DNA of 64,000 nucleotides from Pedobacter sp. (GCA_036677005.1 JAKFBV010000069.1:3147-67146), one strand, 5' to 3'; shown: positions 7,947-17,162, counted from the first letter of the stretch. Program-made: numbers and translations. The notes: generated from the sequence alone by a model not told the origin.

Positions 7947-8432
7947 TTATTTCTTCATCTCCGCTTTGATACTCTGCTCCAGCTCTGAAGGGCGCAGGGT
8001 TCCTATGATATATAACAGGCCATCCCTGTCAGTAAGTTTCACTGCATCTTTGCCGCCTGCATAAAAGCGAACCGTTCCCTTCTGGTGTAAATTATAAACC
8101 GGGTTATTGATGACATAAGCACTGTATGGGGTACGTTCTACTTTAACGATGCTGTTCAGGTCGATCTTGACCATTTTCGTGGTCCATAATCCATCCAGCA
8201 CAATACTTTTATTATTTACCGTGGTTTTGTAATGCAACAAAAACATCATGATCACCGAAACGATCAGAATACCGCAGCCTGCAACCAGGAACAGTCCGGC
8301 ATTCTGTTCCCGCCTCTCTGTAATATAATAGGCAGCAAAACAAAATAATGCCAGCACCAGCCTGATACTGATTCGGCTGTGATCACGGCCCAAATATTGT
8401 TTTTCCAGAAAAGCTGGCTGTATTTCCTGCAT
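7947..8432 (-). CDS. hypothetical membrane protein (2 TM + PH-like C-terminal domain)
   Basis: 161-aa ORF starting 2 nt downstream of tilS, so probably co-transcribed. Confidence 0.65.
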   Translation of the reverse strand: MQEIQPAFLEKQYLGRDHSRISIRLVLALFCFAAYYITERREQNAGLFLVAGCGILIVSVIMMFLLHYKTTVNNKSIVLDGLWTTKMVKIDLNSIVKVERTPYSAYVINNPVYNLHQKGTVRFYAGGKDAVKLTDRDGLLYIIGTLRPSELEQSIKAEMKK

Positions 8433-8433
8433 G

Positions 8434-9771
8434 TCAGATGTATTGTTCGAAGATAAAAACTTTTTTGGTGTCCGCGGTAATTTTATAACGCTCGTCTATT
8501 CGTAAACCCGCCACCCATAAAATATCTCCGTTATTGTTTTCCAGGATCCCGATGTCTTTTTTACGATTCAGAGGGATCTTTTTCTCAACAAAAAGATCGC
8601 TCAGTTTCTTTTTACTTTTCATTCCCAGGGGATGAAAATGGTCACCGCTTTTCCAGCTCCTTAATTTCAGGGGAAATCCAAGGAGATCAAGATCAATCTG
8701 AGCAATACTTGCCTCCCGGCTTAAATTAAACTCCCCGACCGGAATTATTCTGCTCCCGAATTTCTGAACATTCCATGTGCACAGCAAAGTGTTTTTATCG
8801 ATTAGTATATCCTCAGGCTGCTTCAGTTCTATTCTACTCAGAATGACCCTGTTGCGGTCAAGCAGTAACTGATGTGTTGCCGAGAAAAATAGCTTACCCG
8901 GTGAACCTTCCCAGGAATTTATCAGATTGTTCAGCACACTCTCTGTAAACCCAAAAGGGTGGAACAGTCCGTAAAGTAGTGTTTTTAATGGAACTAAGGT
9001 CATTAAAGCAGGAAGGCTGATCGTGTATTCATCCCCGTTCAATTTTTTTAAAAGCTTCTCCTTCAGTTCTTTTACCCGCTGTTCAAGTAAGGTTTCGAGT
9101 TCGGCAAAGCGTTTCCTGTTGGCTTCGAAGGTTTGCTCCAGGCTGGGGTTTAATTCCTTTAAAACGGGAATAACTTCCAGCCTGATCTTGTTTCGGGCAT
9201 ATTTAACTGAAAGATTTGAACTGTCCTCGCGGTAAGGGAATGCCGTTTGAAGGAATATTTCATCGATCTCCTCCCTGGTTAAAAACAGAAGGGGCCTGAT
9301 GAGCTTATTCTTTTTAGGCAGAATGCCATGCAATCCTGAAATGCCTGTCCCCCGGGTGAGATTTAGCAGCATAGTTTCTATGACATCGTTCTGATGATGA
9401 GCCAGCGCAATATACTGGAAGTCAAAATCGTTCCTGATCTCTTCCAGCCACTGATAGCGCAGTTCTCTGGCTGCCATTTGAACAGAGACATGATTTTTGG
9501 AGGCATATTCTCCGGTATCAAATCTGGTTGCGAAAAAGGGAACCCCTAATTCCAGGGCAAGATCTGAAGTAAAGTTCTCATCTTCATCAGCATCAACAGG
9601 TCTCAGGTTGAAATTACAATGGGCTATCCCGAAATTAAAACCGGCAGCCTTAAACAAATGCGCCATCAGCACCGAGTCGCGGCCGCCGCTTACTGCAAGC
9701 AGTACACGCTCTTCCGGAAGGAAAAGGGCATACTGTTTGATAAAAGAGTACAGGCGGTTAAGGGCTACCAT
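8434..9771 (-). CDS. tilS: tRNA(Ile)-lysidine synthase
   Basis: Has the PP-loop SGGRDS and the usual TilS N-terminal and C-terminal domains. Confidence 0.92.
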   Translation of the reverse strand: MVALNRLYSFIKQYALFLPEERVLLAVSGGRDSVLMAHLFKAAGFNFGIAHCNFNLRPVDADEDENFTSDLALELGVPFFATRFDTGEYASKNHVSVQMAARELRYQWLEEIRNDFDFQYIALAHHQNDVIETMLLNLTRGTGISGLHGILPKKNKLIRPLLFLTREEIDEIFLQTAFPYREDSSNLSVKYARNKIRLEVIPVLKELNPSLEQTFEANRKRFAELETLLEQRVKELKEKLLKKLNGDEYTISLPALMTLVPLKTLLYGLFHPFGFTESVLNNLINSWEGSPGKLFFSATHQLLLDRNRVILSRIELKQPEDILIDKNTLLCTWNVQKFGSRIIPVGEFNLSREASIAQIDLDLLGFPLKLRSWKSGDHFHPLGMKSKKKLSDLFVEKKIPLNRKKDIGILENNNGDILWVAGLRIDERYKITADTKKVFIFEQYI

Positions 9772-9776
9772 GGTGT

Positions 9777-9784
9777 CAAAAATA
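9777..9784 (-). promoter_or_regulatory. -7 box TATTTTTG, 5 nt upstream of the tilS ATG
   Basis: Plus strand CAAAAATA. Confidence 0.4.
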
Positions 9785-9812
9785 TTTAATTAAAAATCCT
9801 TAGCCAAAAAAC

Positions 9813-9820
9813 TATTTTTG
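9813..9820 (+). promoter_or_regulatory. -7 box TATTTTTG, 4 nt upstream of the GTG start at 9825
   Basis: Matches TAnnTTTG; divergent from the tilS promoter. Confidence 0.4.
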
Positions 9821-9824
9821 CAAG

Positions 9825-11885
9825 GTGAGAGGATTCATTGTTTCAGTTCTGTTTTCAGTTTTATCACTTGCAGCTTTTGCCCAGGGACGCCAGATCGAGA
9901 TCAGGTCGTCTGAACTGGTCAAAGGCTTTCAGGCCTCCGGCTTTGTCAGGATCATCCGGCCTGTATTTGCCCAGGAAGGTTCCACGCTCGCTGCCGACAG
10001 TGCTGATTTTAACCAGGCGGCCAATACTTTTGATGCTTTCGGGCATGTGGTCATCACTCAACCATCCGGAACAACCATCTATTCAGACCTTCTGAATTAT
10101 AATGGAAACAGCAAACTGGCTATTTTAACGAACAATGTAAGATTAATTGACGGGGATGCTACTTTAACCACCAATCTTTTAACCTATAATATGTCAACCC
10201 GCATCGGTACATACAATGGCGGCGGGAAGGTCGTTAACGGAGAAAATGTACTGACCAGTAAGAATGGCTATTATTTTGCCGCTTCGCGCGATGCTTATTT
10301 CAGGTATAACGTAGTACTTACCTCACCGGATGTACTGATCAAAACCGATACCTTAAGGTATAATTCAAACTCTAAAATTGCTTATTTCTATGGTCCTACC
10401 AATATTTACGGCAAGGACGATACCCTTTATACGGAGAATGGTACTTATAATACCAATACAGATCAGGCCCGTTTCGGCAAAAAGAATTTATACACCCAGG
10501 GCAGCAAATCGCTTACGGGAGACAGCCTTTTCTATGACCGCAAGGCAGGATATGGCAGGGCCATCGGAAATATAATTTTTATTGATACTGCCGAAAAGGC
10601 ATTGCTCAAAGGGGGGATTGGTTTTTATAAGAAATCTGATGAAAGTATTTTAGTGACTCTTAATCCCTATGTTGTGATCACCTCGGAATCTGATTCTGCC
10701 AAAGTGGACTCCATCTGGATGACTGCAGATACCTTATTCAGTAAGGTTGTATTTACCCGCGATCTGATTCCTTATAAAAAGGAAGAATTTGTTCCCGATG
10801 ATAAAATTGCTGTTCCGGCTGCCGGGGCAGCTGCCGGCCAGGGAGATCCGGCTGATCCTTTAAAACCGCTGACAGCAAATGTCAAAGATAAAGAGCCGGC
10901 AATCCTGGATACCATACAAATACCTGCCAGGGATAATTTGCCGGATAAGAAGATCATTCCTCCGGATAAGACCAAACTGCCTGTAACAGCAGATACGGTA
11001 TCTGCAAAAAAGCTCAAAAGAGCGGATCGTATTAAGGTCCGGGATACACTTTCCAAATCTATGGCTGATACGCTCAAAACAAGGGCATTGCCTGCTGATT
11101 CCGTATCGACCGATACCACAAAGGCCAGGATTGTCATTGCTTATCACCGGGCGAAAATATTCAAGTCGGATCTGCAGGCCAGGGCGGATTCCATGTTTTT
11201 CTCTTATTCTGATTCGACGGTCAGGTGTTATGTCAACCCCATGATATGGGCCCAGGGATCCCAGCTGTCAGGAGATACGGTGTATCTGCAGATGAAAAAC
11301 AAGAAACTGGATAATATGCTTCTTCAGCATAACAGTTTCATTGTAAACACGGAAGGTACCGATTCGACCAATTTTAACCAGATCAAAGGAAAGGTGATCA
11401 CCGGATATTTCCGGGATAATAAACTGAACAGCATGTTTGTTGACGGTAATGCCGAGAGCGTTTACTATCTGAAGGAAGATACTGCATACACTGGTTTGAA
11501 CCATCTGGTAAGCGGACGATTAAAGGTTTTGCTTAAGGAAAGCAAGCTTCAAAGTATTACGGCAATACGGTCAATTGAAGCATCCATCACGCCGATGAAA
11601 GATCTGAAAGAAGAGGAGAAAGTATTAAAGGGCTTTATCTGGAAACCCAGAGACCGGCCTAAATCAAAGGAGGAGATCATTCCGCAGCTGGCAAAATTGG
11701 AGAACAAGCCTGCCGCAGCGAAGAAAACCCAAACAAAGGGTCCTGTAAAAACTCCTGTAAAGACTCCTGTGAAAACCCCAGCAAAGACACCAGCCAGGGA
11801 AGGGGCAAAGGAACAAGTCAAAGATCAGCCTGAACCTGCTCCCAAAACGGAGACTAAGCAGTTATTGCGTAAGAAGCAGACTTAA
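9825..11885 (+). CDS. OstA/LptD-like large secreted protein with a Lys/Pro-rich C-terminal tail
   Basis: Signal peptide, repeated beta-rich OstA-like segments and a C-terminal KTPVKTPVKTPAKTP repeat. The product name is tentative. Confidence 0.75.
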   Translation: MRGFIVSVLFSVLSLAAFAQGRQIEIRSSELVKGFQASGFVRIIRPVFAQEGSTLAADSADFNQAANTFDAFGHVVITQPSGTTIYSDLLNYNGNSKLAILTNNVRLIDGDATLTTNLLTYNMSTRIGTYNGGGKVVNGENVLTSKNGYYFAASRDAYFRYNVVLTSPDVLIKTDTLRYNSNSKIAYFYGPTNIYGKDDTLYTENGTYNTNTDQARFGKKNLYTQGSKSLTGDSLFYDRKAGYGRAIGNIIFIDTAEKALLKGGIGFYKKSDESILVTLNPYVVITSESDSAKVDSIWMTADTLFSKVVFTRDLIPYKKEEFVPDDKIAVPAAGAAAGQGDPADPLKPLTANVKDKEPAILDTIQIPARDNLPDKKIIPPDKTKLPVTADTVSAKKLKRADRIKVRDTLSKSMADTLKTRALPADSVSTDTTKARIVIAYHRAKIFKSDLQARADSMFFSYSDSTVRCYVNPMIWAQGSQLSGDTVYLQMKNKKLDNMLLQHNSFIVNTEGTDSTNFNQIKGKVITGYFRDNKLNSMFVDGNAESVYYLKEDTAYTGLNHLVSGRLKVLLKESKLQSITAIRSIEASITPMKDLKEEEKVLKGFIWKPRDRPKSKEEIIPQLAKLENKPAAAKKTQTKGPVKTPVKTPVKTPAKTPAREGAKEQVKDQPEPAPKTETKQLLRKKQT

Positions 11886-12457
11886 ATACGGGTTTTCAGG
11901 AAATTGATCAGCTTCCTGATCGCAATAGCCCGGTGACTGATCCTGTTTTTCTCTGCCGGGTCCATTTCTGCAAAGCTGATATCGTACCCATCAGGTTTGA
12001 AAATAGGATCATAACCAAAGCCCCTGCTGCCTGAGGGCTGTCTGGTAATGGCACCTTCAACGCTTCCCTCAAAGAGATATTCTTTTCCACCCAGCAGCAG
12101 TGATATTACGGTCTTAAACCGTGCCTTACGGTCGCTCTTTGCAGCCAGGCGGTCGAGTACAAGCTGCATATTCTTTTCAAAATCACGGCTGCCTGAGTAC
12201 CAGGCCGAATGAACTCCCGGCTCAGCATTTAAGGCATCTATTTCAAGGCCTGAGTCATCGGCGAAACAATCGCAATGATAGCGCTCATAAACATACCTGC
12301 TCTTTTGCCCTGCATTTTCGGCAAAGGTATTTCCTGTTTCGGGGATCTCATCAAAGCATCCAATATCGTTCAGGCTTTTCAGGATAATATCTTTCCCGAT
12401 CATTTCCTGTATCTCTTCCACTTTGTGCTGATTATTACTTGCGAATACCAGTTCCAT
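11882..12457 (-). CDS. rdgB: non-canonical purine NTP pyrophosphatase (dITP/XTP)
   Basis: FASNNQHK...GFGYDPIF...ISHR are HAM1/RdgB motifs. Confidence 0.92.
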   Translation of the reverse strand: MELVFASNNQHKVEEIQEMIGKDIILKSLNDIGCFDEIPETGNTFAENAGQKSRYVYERYHCDCFADDSGLEIDALNAEPGVHSAWYSGSRDFEKNMQLVLDRLAAKSDRKARFKTVISLLLGGKEYLFEGSVEGAITRQPSGSRGFGYDPIFKPDGYDISFAEMDPAEKNRISHRAIAIRKLINFLKTRI

Positions 12458-12458
12458 A

Positions 12459-12992
12459 CTAAAATCCTTTCATCACATTCCAGAACTCTCTTTTTTTAGC
12501 AATATCAGTGTTCATTTCTTCCAAACTGAAAGTGGGTAAAACCCTGACATCCATATACTTCCCAACCTGGTTGGCTCCAATTGCCGGTAATTCAATTCTT
12601 TTAGGATCAATGCCGAATAATGCTGCCCTGCTGCAACTGAAAAAATCTTTCAGTTCGCTGAATTGCAGTCCCGGGTATTGGGCTATATTAAGTATGGCCA
12701 GGTCACGTAATTCAAGGCCTTTTGCCGACATGATCTTAAGCAGCGTTTCTTTATCCTGGCTGCTTATTTCTTTGCGGGTATGATCGTCAAACAGGATAAG
12801 AAAGTATTTGTTGTTTTCGCCGATATAGGAAAACCCGTTGGTTTTTACCGTTTCAGCAGGTTTTTGAATGGGATCAGCCTCCTGCTTTTCAGGTATAATT
12901 TCTGCTGCTTTTTTCTGTTCAGGCAAAATATAAAGATCCTCCGTCATTAATAGCCTGAGTGCATTGGGGTCACGTGTAAGTAGGTTTGACAT
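12459..12992 (-). CDS. conserved hypothetical protein (possible DNA polymerase III psi-like fold)
   Basis: 177-aa ORF 1 nt upstream of rdgB. Its layout resembles HolD from memory only. Confidence 0.7.
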   Translation of the reverse strand: MSNLLTRDPNALRLLMTEDLYILPEQKKAAEIIPEKQEADPIQKPAETVKTNGFSYIGENNKYFLILFDDHTRKEISSQDKETLLKIMSAKGLELRDLAILNIAQYPGLQFSELKDFFSCSRAALFGIDPKRIELPAIGANQVGKYMDVRVLPTFSLEEMNTDIAKKREFWNVMKGF

Positions 12993-13025
12993 TCGTATAA
13001 TTGTTTATTCCTGAGGTGCTTGCTG

Positions 13026-13033
13026 CAAACTTA
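13026..13033 (-). promoter_or_regulatory. -7 box TAAGTTTG upstream of the 12992 operon
   Basis: Plus strand CAAACTTA, 34 nt from the ATG. Confidence 0.4.
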
Positions 13034-13326
13034 ACAAAGCATCTGTTAAAATTAGTTAAATGGGTTCAGCTTCTTTTTCAAAAGGTTAACTTAGCCCTCA
13101 TCCGGAAAACCCGGATTATACAGGCTGAATAGCTTAAGCGTAACAATTCCGTTCGGGCCATAAATGCTGTTCAGGAATGCTTAATTTAGGATATTGCTGC
13201 AATTTCAATTCAGTATGAATAGTTCAAAAACATGCAATAAAGAGTTAAATGCCGGATTTATTTTTTAAAATGCAGGCTTAGCCAAAACCTATTTATTTAA
13301 ATAATTGAATTATGGATTTTATCTGA

Positions 13327-13334
13327 TAATTTTG
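13327..13334 (+). promoter_or_regulatory. -7 box TAATTTTG upstream of the SurA-like gene
   Basis: Matches TAnnTTTG, 118 nt before the ATG at 13452. Confidence 0.3.
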
Positions 13335-13451
13335 CAGAATTCAATTTTTAAAGAAGCTCTTTCAGGGGCTTATGTTTTTTATAGAGATTGGATCAAAAAC
13401 ACAATGAAATTTTGCAGATCAATTCTGCATTAAATAAGAGAACTACAAGAA

Positions 13452-14810
13452 ATGAGAAAGACCTTAGGGATATTAACCGGACTGCTTTTTATTACCCTCG
13501 TCCAGGTAAGTGCACAGAAGAAATCCCTAGATAAAGTTGCCGCGGTGGTTGGAAGTTCGATCATTTTACAATCAGAAATTGAATTACAGTACGCACAATA
13601 CCTGGCACAGGGCAATACTGCCAATCCCGATGTGAAATGCAGTATTTTACAAGGATTGCTTTCGCAGAAGATCCTTGGTCAGCAGGCTATTATCGACTCT
13701 GTTACTGTGACCGATGATCAGATCGACAGTGAGATCGAAAGGCGCTTACGTGCTATGACAGGCCGTGCAGGAGGACAGGAACGTCTGGAACAATTCCTTG
13801 GCCGTTCATTGATCCAGTATAAGGATGAGATCAGGCCCGATATACGGGAAATGCTGGTGGCTCAAAAGATGCAGGCCAAGATTACCGAGAATATAGCCGT
13901 TACACCTCTGGAGGTAAAGCGTTATTTTGATGCGATACCAAAAGACAGTCTGCCATTTTTTAATACCGAGGTGGAAATTGCTGAGATCGTAGTCTATCCA
14001 AAACTTAATAAGCTTGAAAAGGAGGCTTTTCATGATAAAGCAGAGGCTTTACGCCTGAGGATCAAGGGCGGTGAAGATTTTGCCACCCTGGCAAAATTGT
14101 ACTCTCAGGATCCTGGTTCTGCCCGTGATGGCGGAGATCTGGGATTTATGGACCGCGGGAGTTTGGTAAAGGAGTTTGCTGCAACAGCATTTAAACTGAA
14201 GGCGGGCGAACTTTCATCCGTTATTGAAACAGAATTCGGGTTCCATGTGCTGCAGCTTATTGAACGGCGCGGTGAGCAGGTGAATGTGAGGCATATCCTG
14301 ATCAAAACAGAATCTACTCCAGCAAGTATGCAGCGGGCAAAAGCACATATTGATAGTGTTTATCAGCAGGTAATGGAAAAGAAAATAGACTTTGGGGCAG
14401 CAGCCTCCCTCTATTCTGATAATAAGGATACGAAATATAACGGCGGGATGATGTTGAACGCTGAGAATGTTCAGAGTCGCACCACGTATATTCCAACTGA
14501 TAAACTGGACCCGCAAATATTTCTTACCGTTGATACCATGAAGGTGGGCTCTATTTCAAAACCTTCTATTTTTACAGGAGCAGACGGAAAGCAGGGGTAT
14601 CGCTTTTTAACTCTTAAATCGAAGACAGGTCCTCATCAGGCCAGCCTGGCAGTTGATTATCCGAAGATTAAGGAAGTTGCTTTTGAAGATAAAAATAACC
14701 GAACGATCAGCGAATGGTTTGAAAAGCGCAGAAAAATTACTTTTATTAAAATTGACGCCGAATTCCAAACCTGTCCTGAACTGGCGGGCTGGACCACAGC
14801 AAAAAATTGA
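13452..14810 (+). CDS. SurA-like peptidyl-prolyl isomerase (parvulin/PpiC domain)
   Basis: Signal peptide, a SurA N-terminal-like region and the rotamase core GGDLGFM...FGFHVLQ. Confidence 0.88.
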   Translation: MRKTLGILTGLLFITLVQVSAQKKSLDKVAAVVGSSIILQSEIELQYAQYLAQGNTANPDVKCSILQGLLSQKILGQQAIIDSVTVTDDQIDSEIERRLRAMTGRAGGQERLEQFLGRSLIQYKDEIRPDIREMLVAQKMQAKITENIAVTPLEVKRYFDAIPKDSLPFFNTEVEIAEIVVYPKLNKLEKEAFHDKAEALRLRIKGGEDFATLAKLYSQDPGSARDGGDLGFMDRGSLVKEFAATAFKLKAGELSSVIETEFGFHVLQLIERRGEQVNVRHILIKTESTPASMQRAKAHIDSVYQQVMEKKIDFGAAASLYSDNKDTKYNGGMMLNAENVQSRTTYIPTDKLDPQIFLTVDTMKVGSISKPSIFTGADGKQGYRFLTLKSKTGPHQASLAVDYPKIKEVAFEDKNNRTISEWFEKRRKITFIKIDAEFQTCPELAGWTTAKN

Positions 14811-14814
14811 TCAG

Positions 14815-15780
14815 ATGAAAACCTACAGTACTGATGTGGAGGCCGTTGATGCTTTGCACCTGTCATATAAAATGATAAGGGAGGAAATTGCACAGATCAT
14901 CGTCGGCCAGGATGACGTAGTAAAATCAGTGCTTATTTCAATTTTCAGTAATGGTCATTGCCTGCTGGTAGGTGTACCGGGATTAGCAAAAACATTGCTG
15001 GTTCAAACCGTTGCACAGGTTCTGGATCTGAGCTATAACCGGATTCAGTTTACGCCCGATCTGATGCCTTCGGATATTATCGGATCGGAAATTCTTGGAG
15101 AGGACCGGACATTTAAATTTATCCGCGGACCGGTATTCTCAAATATTATCCTGGCCGATGAAATCAACCGGACCCCGCCGAAAACCCAGGCTGCCCTCTT
15201 AGAGGCCATGCAGGAAAAAATGGTTACAGTTGGCGGACAGACCCATCACCTGCCAAAACCATTTTTCGTACTGGCTACACAAAATCCTATTGAACAGGAA
15301 GGCACTTATCCCTTACCTGAAGCACAGCTTGACCGTTTTATGTTCAATGTCTTCCTGACCTATCCATCATTCGAAGAAGAGCTGCAGGTGGTTAGAAATA
15401 CTACTGCCAATCGTAGTGTAGAACTGAAGAAAATATTGAATGCTGCTGAGATCAGCTACTTTCAGCAGCTTGTGAGAAATATACCTATTACAGATAATGT
15501 TCTTGAATATGCCGTTTCACTGGCAGCTAAGACACGTCCCGGCACCGCATCCGCAACAGATGAGGTAAATAAGTTTTTAAGCTGGGGAGCCGGGCCGAGG
15601 GCATCCCAGTTTCTAGTGCTCGGTGCAAAGTGTCATGCAGCGATCTCTGGTAAATACTCCCCGGATAAGGAAGATGTTCAGGCAGTGGCCGAATCCATTT
15701 TAAGGCACCGGATCGTGCGGAATTATAAAGCTGAAGCAGAAGGAATAAGCACAGAAAAACTGATCAGTAACCTGCTTTAA
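14815..15780 (+). CDS. MoxR-family AAA+ ATPase
   Basis: GVPGLAKT (Walker A), ILADEINR (Walker B) and the rest of the sequence is MoxR-like. Start taken at MKTYST. Confidence 0.92.
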   Translation: MKTYSTDVEAVDALHLSYKMIREEIAQIIVGQDDVVKSVLISIFSNGHCLLVGVPGLAKTLLVQTVAQVLDLSYNRIQFTPDLMPSDIIGSEILGEDRTFKFIRGPVFSNIILADEINRTPPKTQAALLEAMQEKMVTVGGQTHHLPKPFFVLATQNPIEQEGTYPLPEAQLDRFMFNVFLTYPSFEEELQVVRNTTANRSVELKKILNAAEISYFQQLVRNIPITDNVLEYAVSLAAKTRPGTASATDEVNKFLSWGAGPRASQFLVLGAKCHAAISGKYSPDKEDVQAVAESILRHRIVRNYKAEAEGISTEKLISNLL

Positions 15781-16091
15781 TCAATAACTGTAATATTTGA
15801 AAGGAATGCTGATTTGTGCTCGTCTGAGTATGCGCCATAGGCATCTATGATGATTCCTTTATGCCCTTTATTACTCTCAATGGCATAGATCACAGAATTG
15901 TCTTCCGGATCGCTCATACCTTCAAACCTGTAATATTCTGTGATCTTAAGATCGCTTGCCTGAAATTTTTCGCTTATTTTTTCACAAAAAAGGCATGCAT
16001 TCTCATAATTAAAATCATAAATATATCCCCTGTTCCGCAAACCATTTACTGCTTCAAGAAGATTTTGGTAATTGTGTGGACTCGCGCTCAT
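15777..16091 (-). CDS. conserved hypothetical 104-aa protein
   Basis: Clean ORF that converges on the MoxR gene with a shared TTAA stop overlap. Confidence 0.6.
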   Translation of the reverse strand: MSASPHNYQNLLEAVNGLRNRGYIYDFNYENACLFCEKISEKFQASDLKITEYYRFEGMSDPEDNSVIYAIESNKGHKGIIIDAYGAYSDEHKSAFLSNITVID

Positions 16092-16105
16092 GGCTGTAGT
16101 AGGTT

Positions 16106-16238
16106 TAGTTATCAGTTATCAGTTATCGGTTGTCAGTTATCAGTTATCAGTTATCAGTTGTCAGTTGTCAGTTGTCAGTTGTCAGACCTCAGACCTCAAT
16201 ACTCAATACTCAATACTCAATACTCAATACTCAGTTTG
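16106..16238. repeat. in-phase heptanucleotide mosaic tract (19 heptads, 4 blocks)
   Basis: TAGTTAT, CAGTTAT x2, CGGTTGT, CAGTTAT x3, CAGTTGT x4, CAGACCT x2, CAATACT x5, CAGTTTG. Counted base by base with the register unbroken. Confidence 0.95.
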
Positions 16239-16289
16239 AACAAGTAAATTTACTAAAAAGTACTATGTTCTGCTAACGACCAGCAAGCA

Positions 16290-17162
16290 TCAAAAGATTT
16301 TTGCGGGAGAAAATATCTCAAGTATCACATTCCATTTAAATCCTTCCTGTGATTCCCAGATCCTGACATAATTGTAGGCAGAGCTGACATTATTTTTGGT
16401 GATATGCGCCGTTCCATAGGTGTAGGCCAGATCGCTTCCTAAAGCCCTGTTTGCTTGAACCGGCTCGGTAATAATGCTCAGTTCATGCTCATTGCGGAAA
16501 TTACTGATGTTGGCCTTCCCAATAATGGGTTCATATCCGGGGAAAAGTAAGCGGGCTTCATTCGCCGTGAATACCTCATAGGCCGTATCCTGGTTTTTTC
16601 TGAGGGTATTTGAAAACAACTGGTCGGTGGTCATGATCATATCTTCCCTTTGCTTTAACCTGGCAGGGGATAATTGCTGGAAGAATTTAAAGTTCCTGGG
16701 ATCTTTAAAATTCAATTCTGGTTTTTGCTGCGGTTTGGGATGCGAAATTCCCAGATCCAAAGCTAATTTCCATACCCCTTTTTTATTAGCCCGCCAGACA
16801 GACAGGTATTGCCCGAATGTTGGGACTGCATTTTCGGGGGCAGTATGGGTATATGGACCGGTAGTAAAACCCCAGTCGCCGCTTCGGGATAATCTGGCAT
16901 AAGCAGGCTCCCAGCTTAGTCCGCCCTGATCTTCAGACTTTTTATCAAAGAATTCTTCAGCTTTTACCGGGTTGGGTCTGAAAAGCAGTGTTTCGCTGTC
17001 TGAAACTTTTAAAAAAGCCTCTCTGATCCCTTTCTCCTTTGCAAAAGCTGCAAAATAATTTTCTGCGGCAAGCAGGGAATTCATTCTGCCGTTGCTGGCC
17101 TGACCGAAACTATTACATGCGAATGCGAATACTATGCTAAGCGGTAAAAAAAAATGCTTCAT
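16290..17162 (-). CDS. hypothetical secreted protein
   Basis: Start set at MKHFFLPLSIVFAFA (signal peptide) rather than the upstream Met at 17240. Confidence 0.7.
   Translation of the reverse strand: MKHFFLPLSIVFAFACNSFGQASNGRMNSLLAAENYFAAFAKEKGIREAFLKVSDSETLLFRPNPVKAEEFFDKKSEDQGGLSWEPAYARLSRSGDWGFTTGPYTHTAPENAVPTFGQYLSVWRANKKGVWKLALDLGISHPKPQQKPELNFKDPRNFKFFQQLSPARLKQREDMIMTTDQLFSNTLRKNQDTAYEVFTANEARLLFPGYEPIIGKANISNFRNEHELSIITEPVQANRALGSDLAYTYGTAHITKNNVSSAYNYVRIWESQEGFKWNVILEIFSPAKIF

Noticed and set aside
14815-15780. MoxR ATPase as part of a MoxR-DUF58-VWA (Bat-like) system
   Set aside because: The usual partners are absent. The gene is followed immediately by a convergent gene with overlapping stops, so there is no system to describe here.
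16106-16238. Could the tandem repeat tracts be CRISPR arrays?
   Set aside because: The unit length is 7 nt with no spacers. No cas genes or leader are present in the window.
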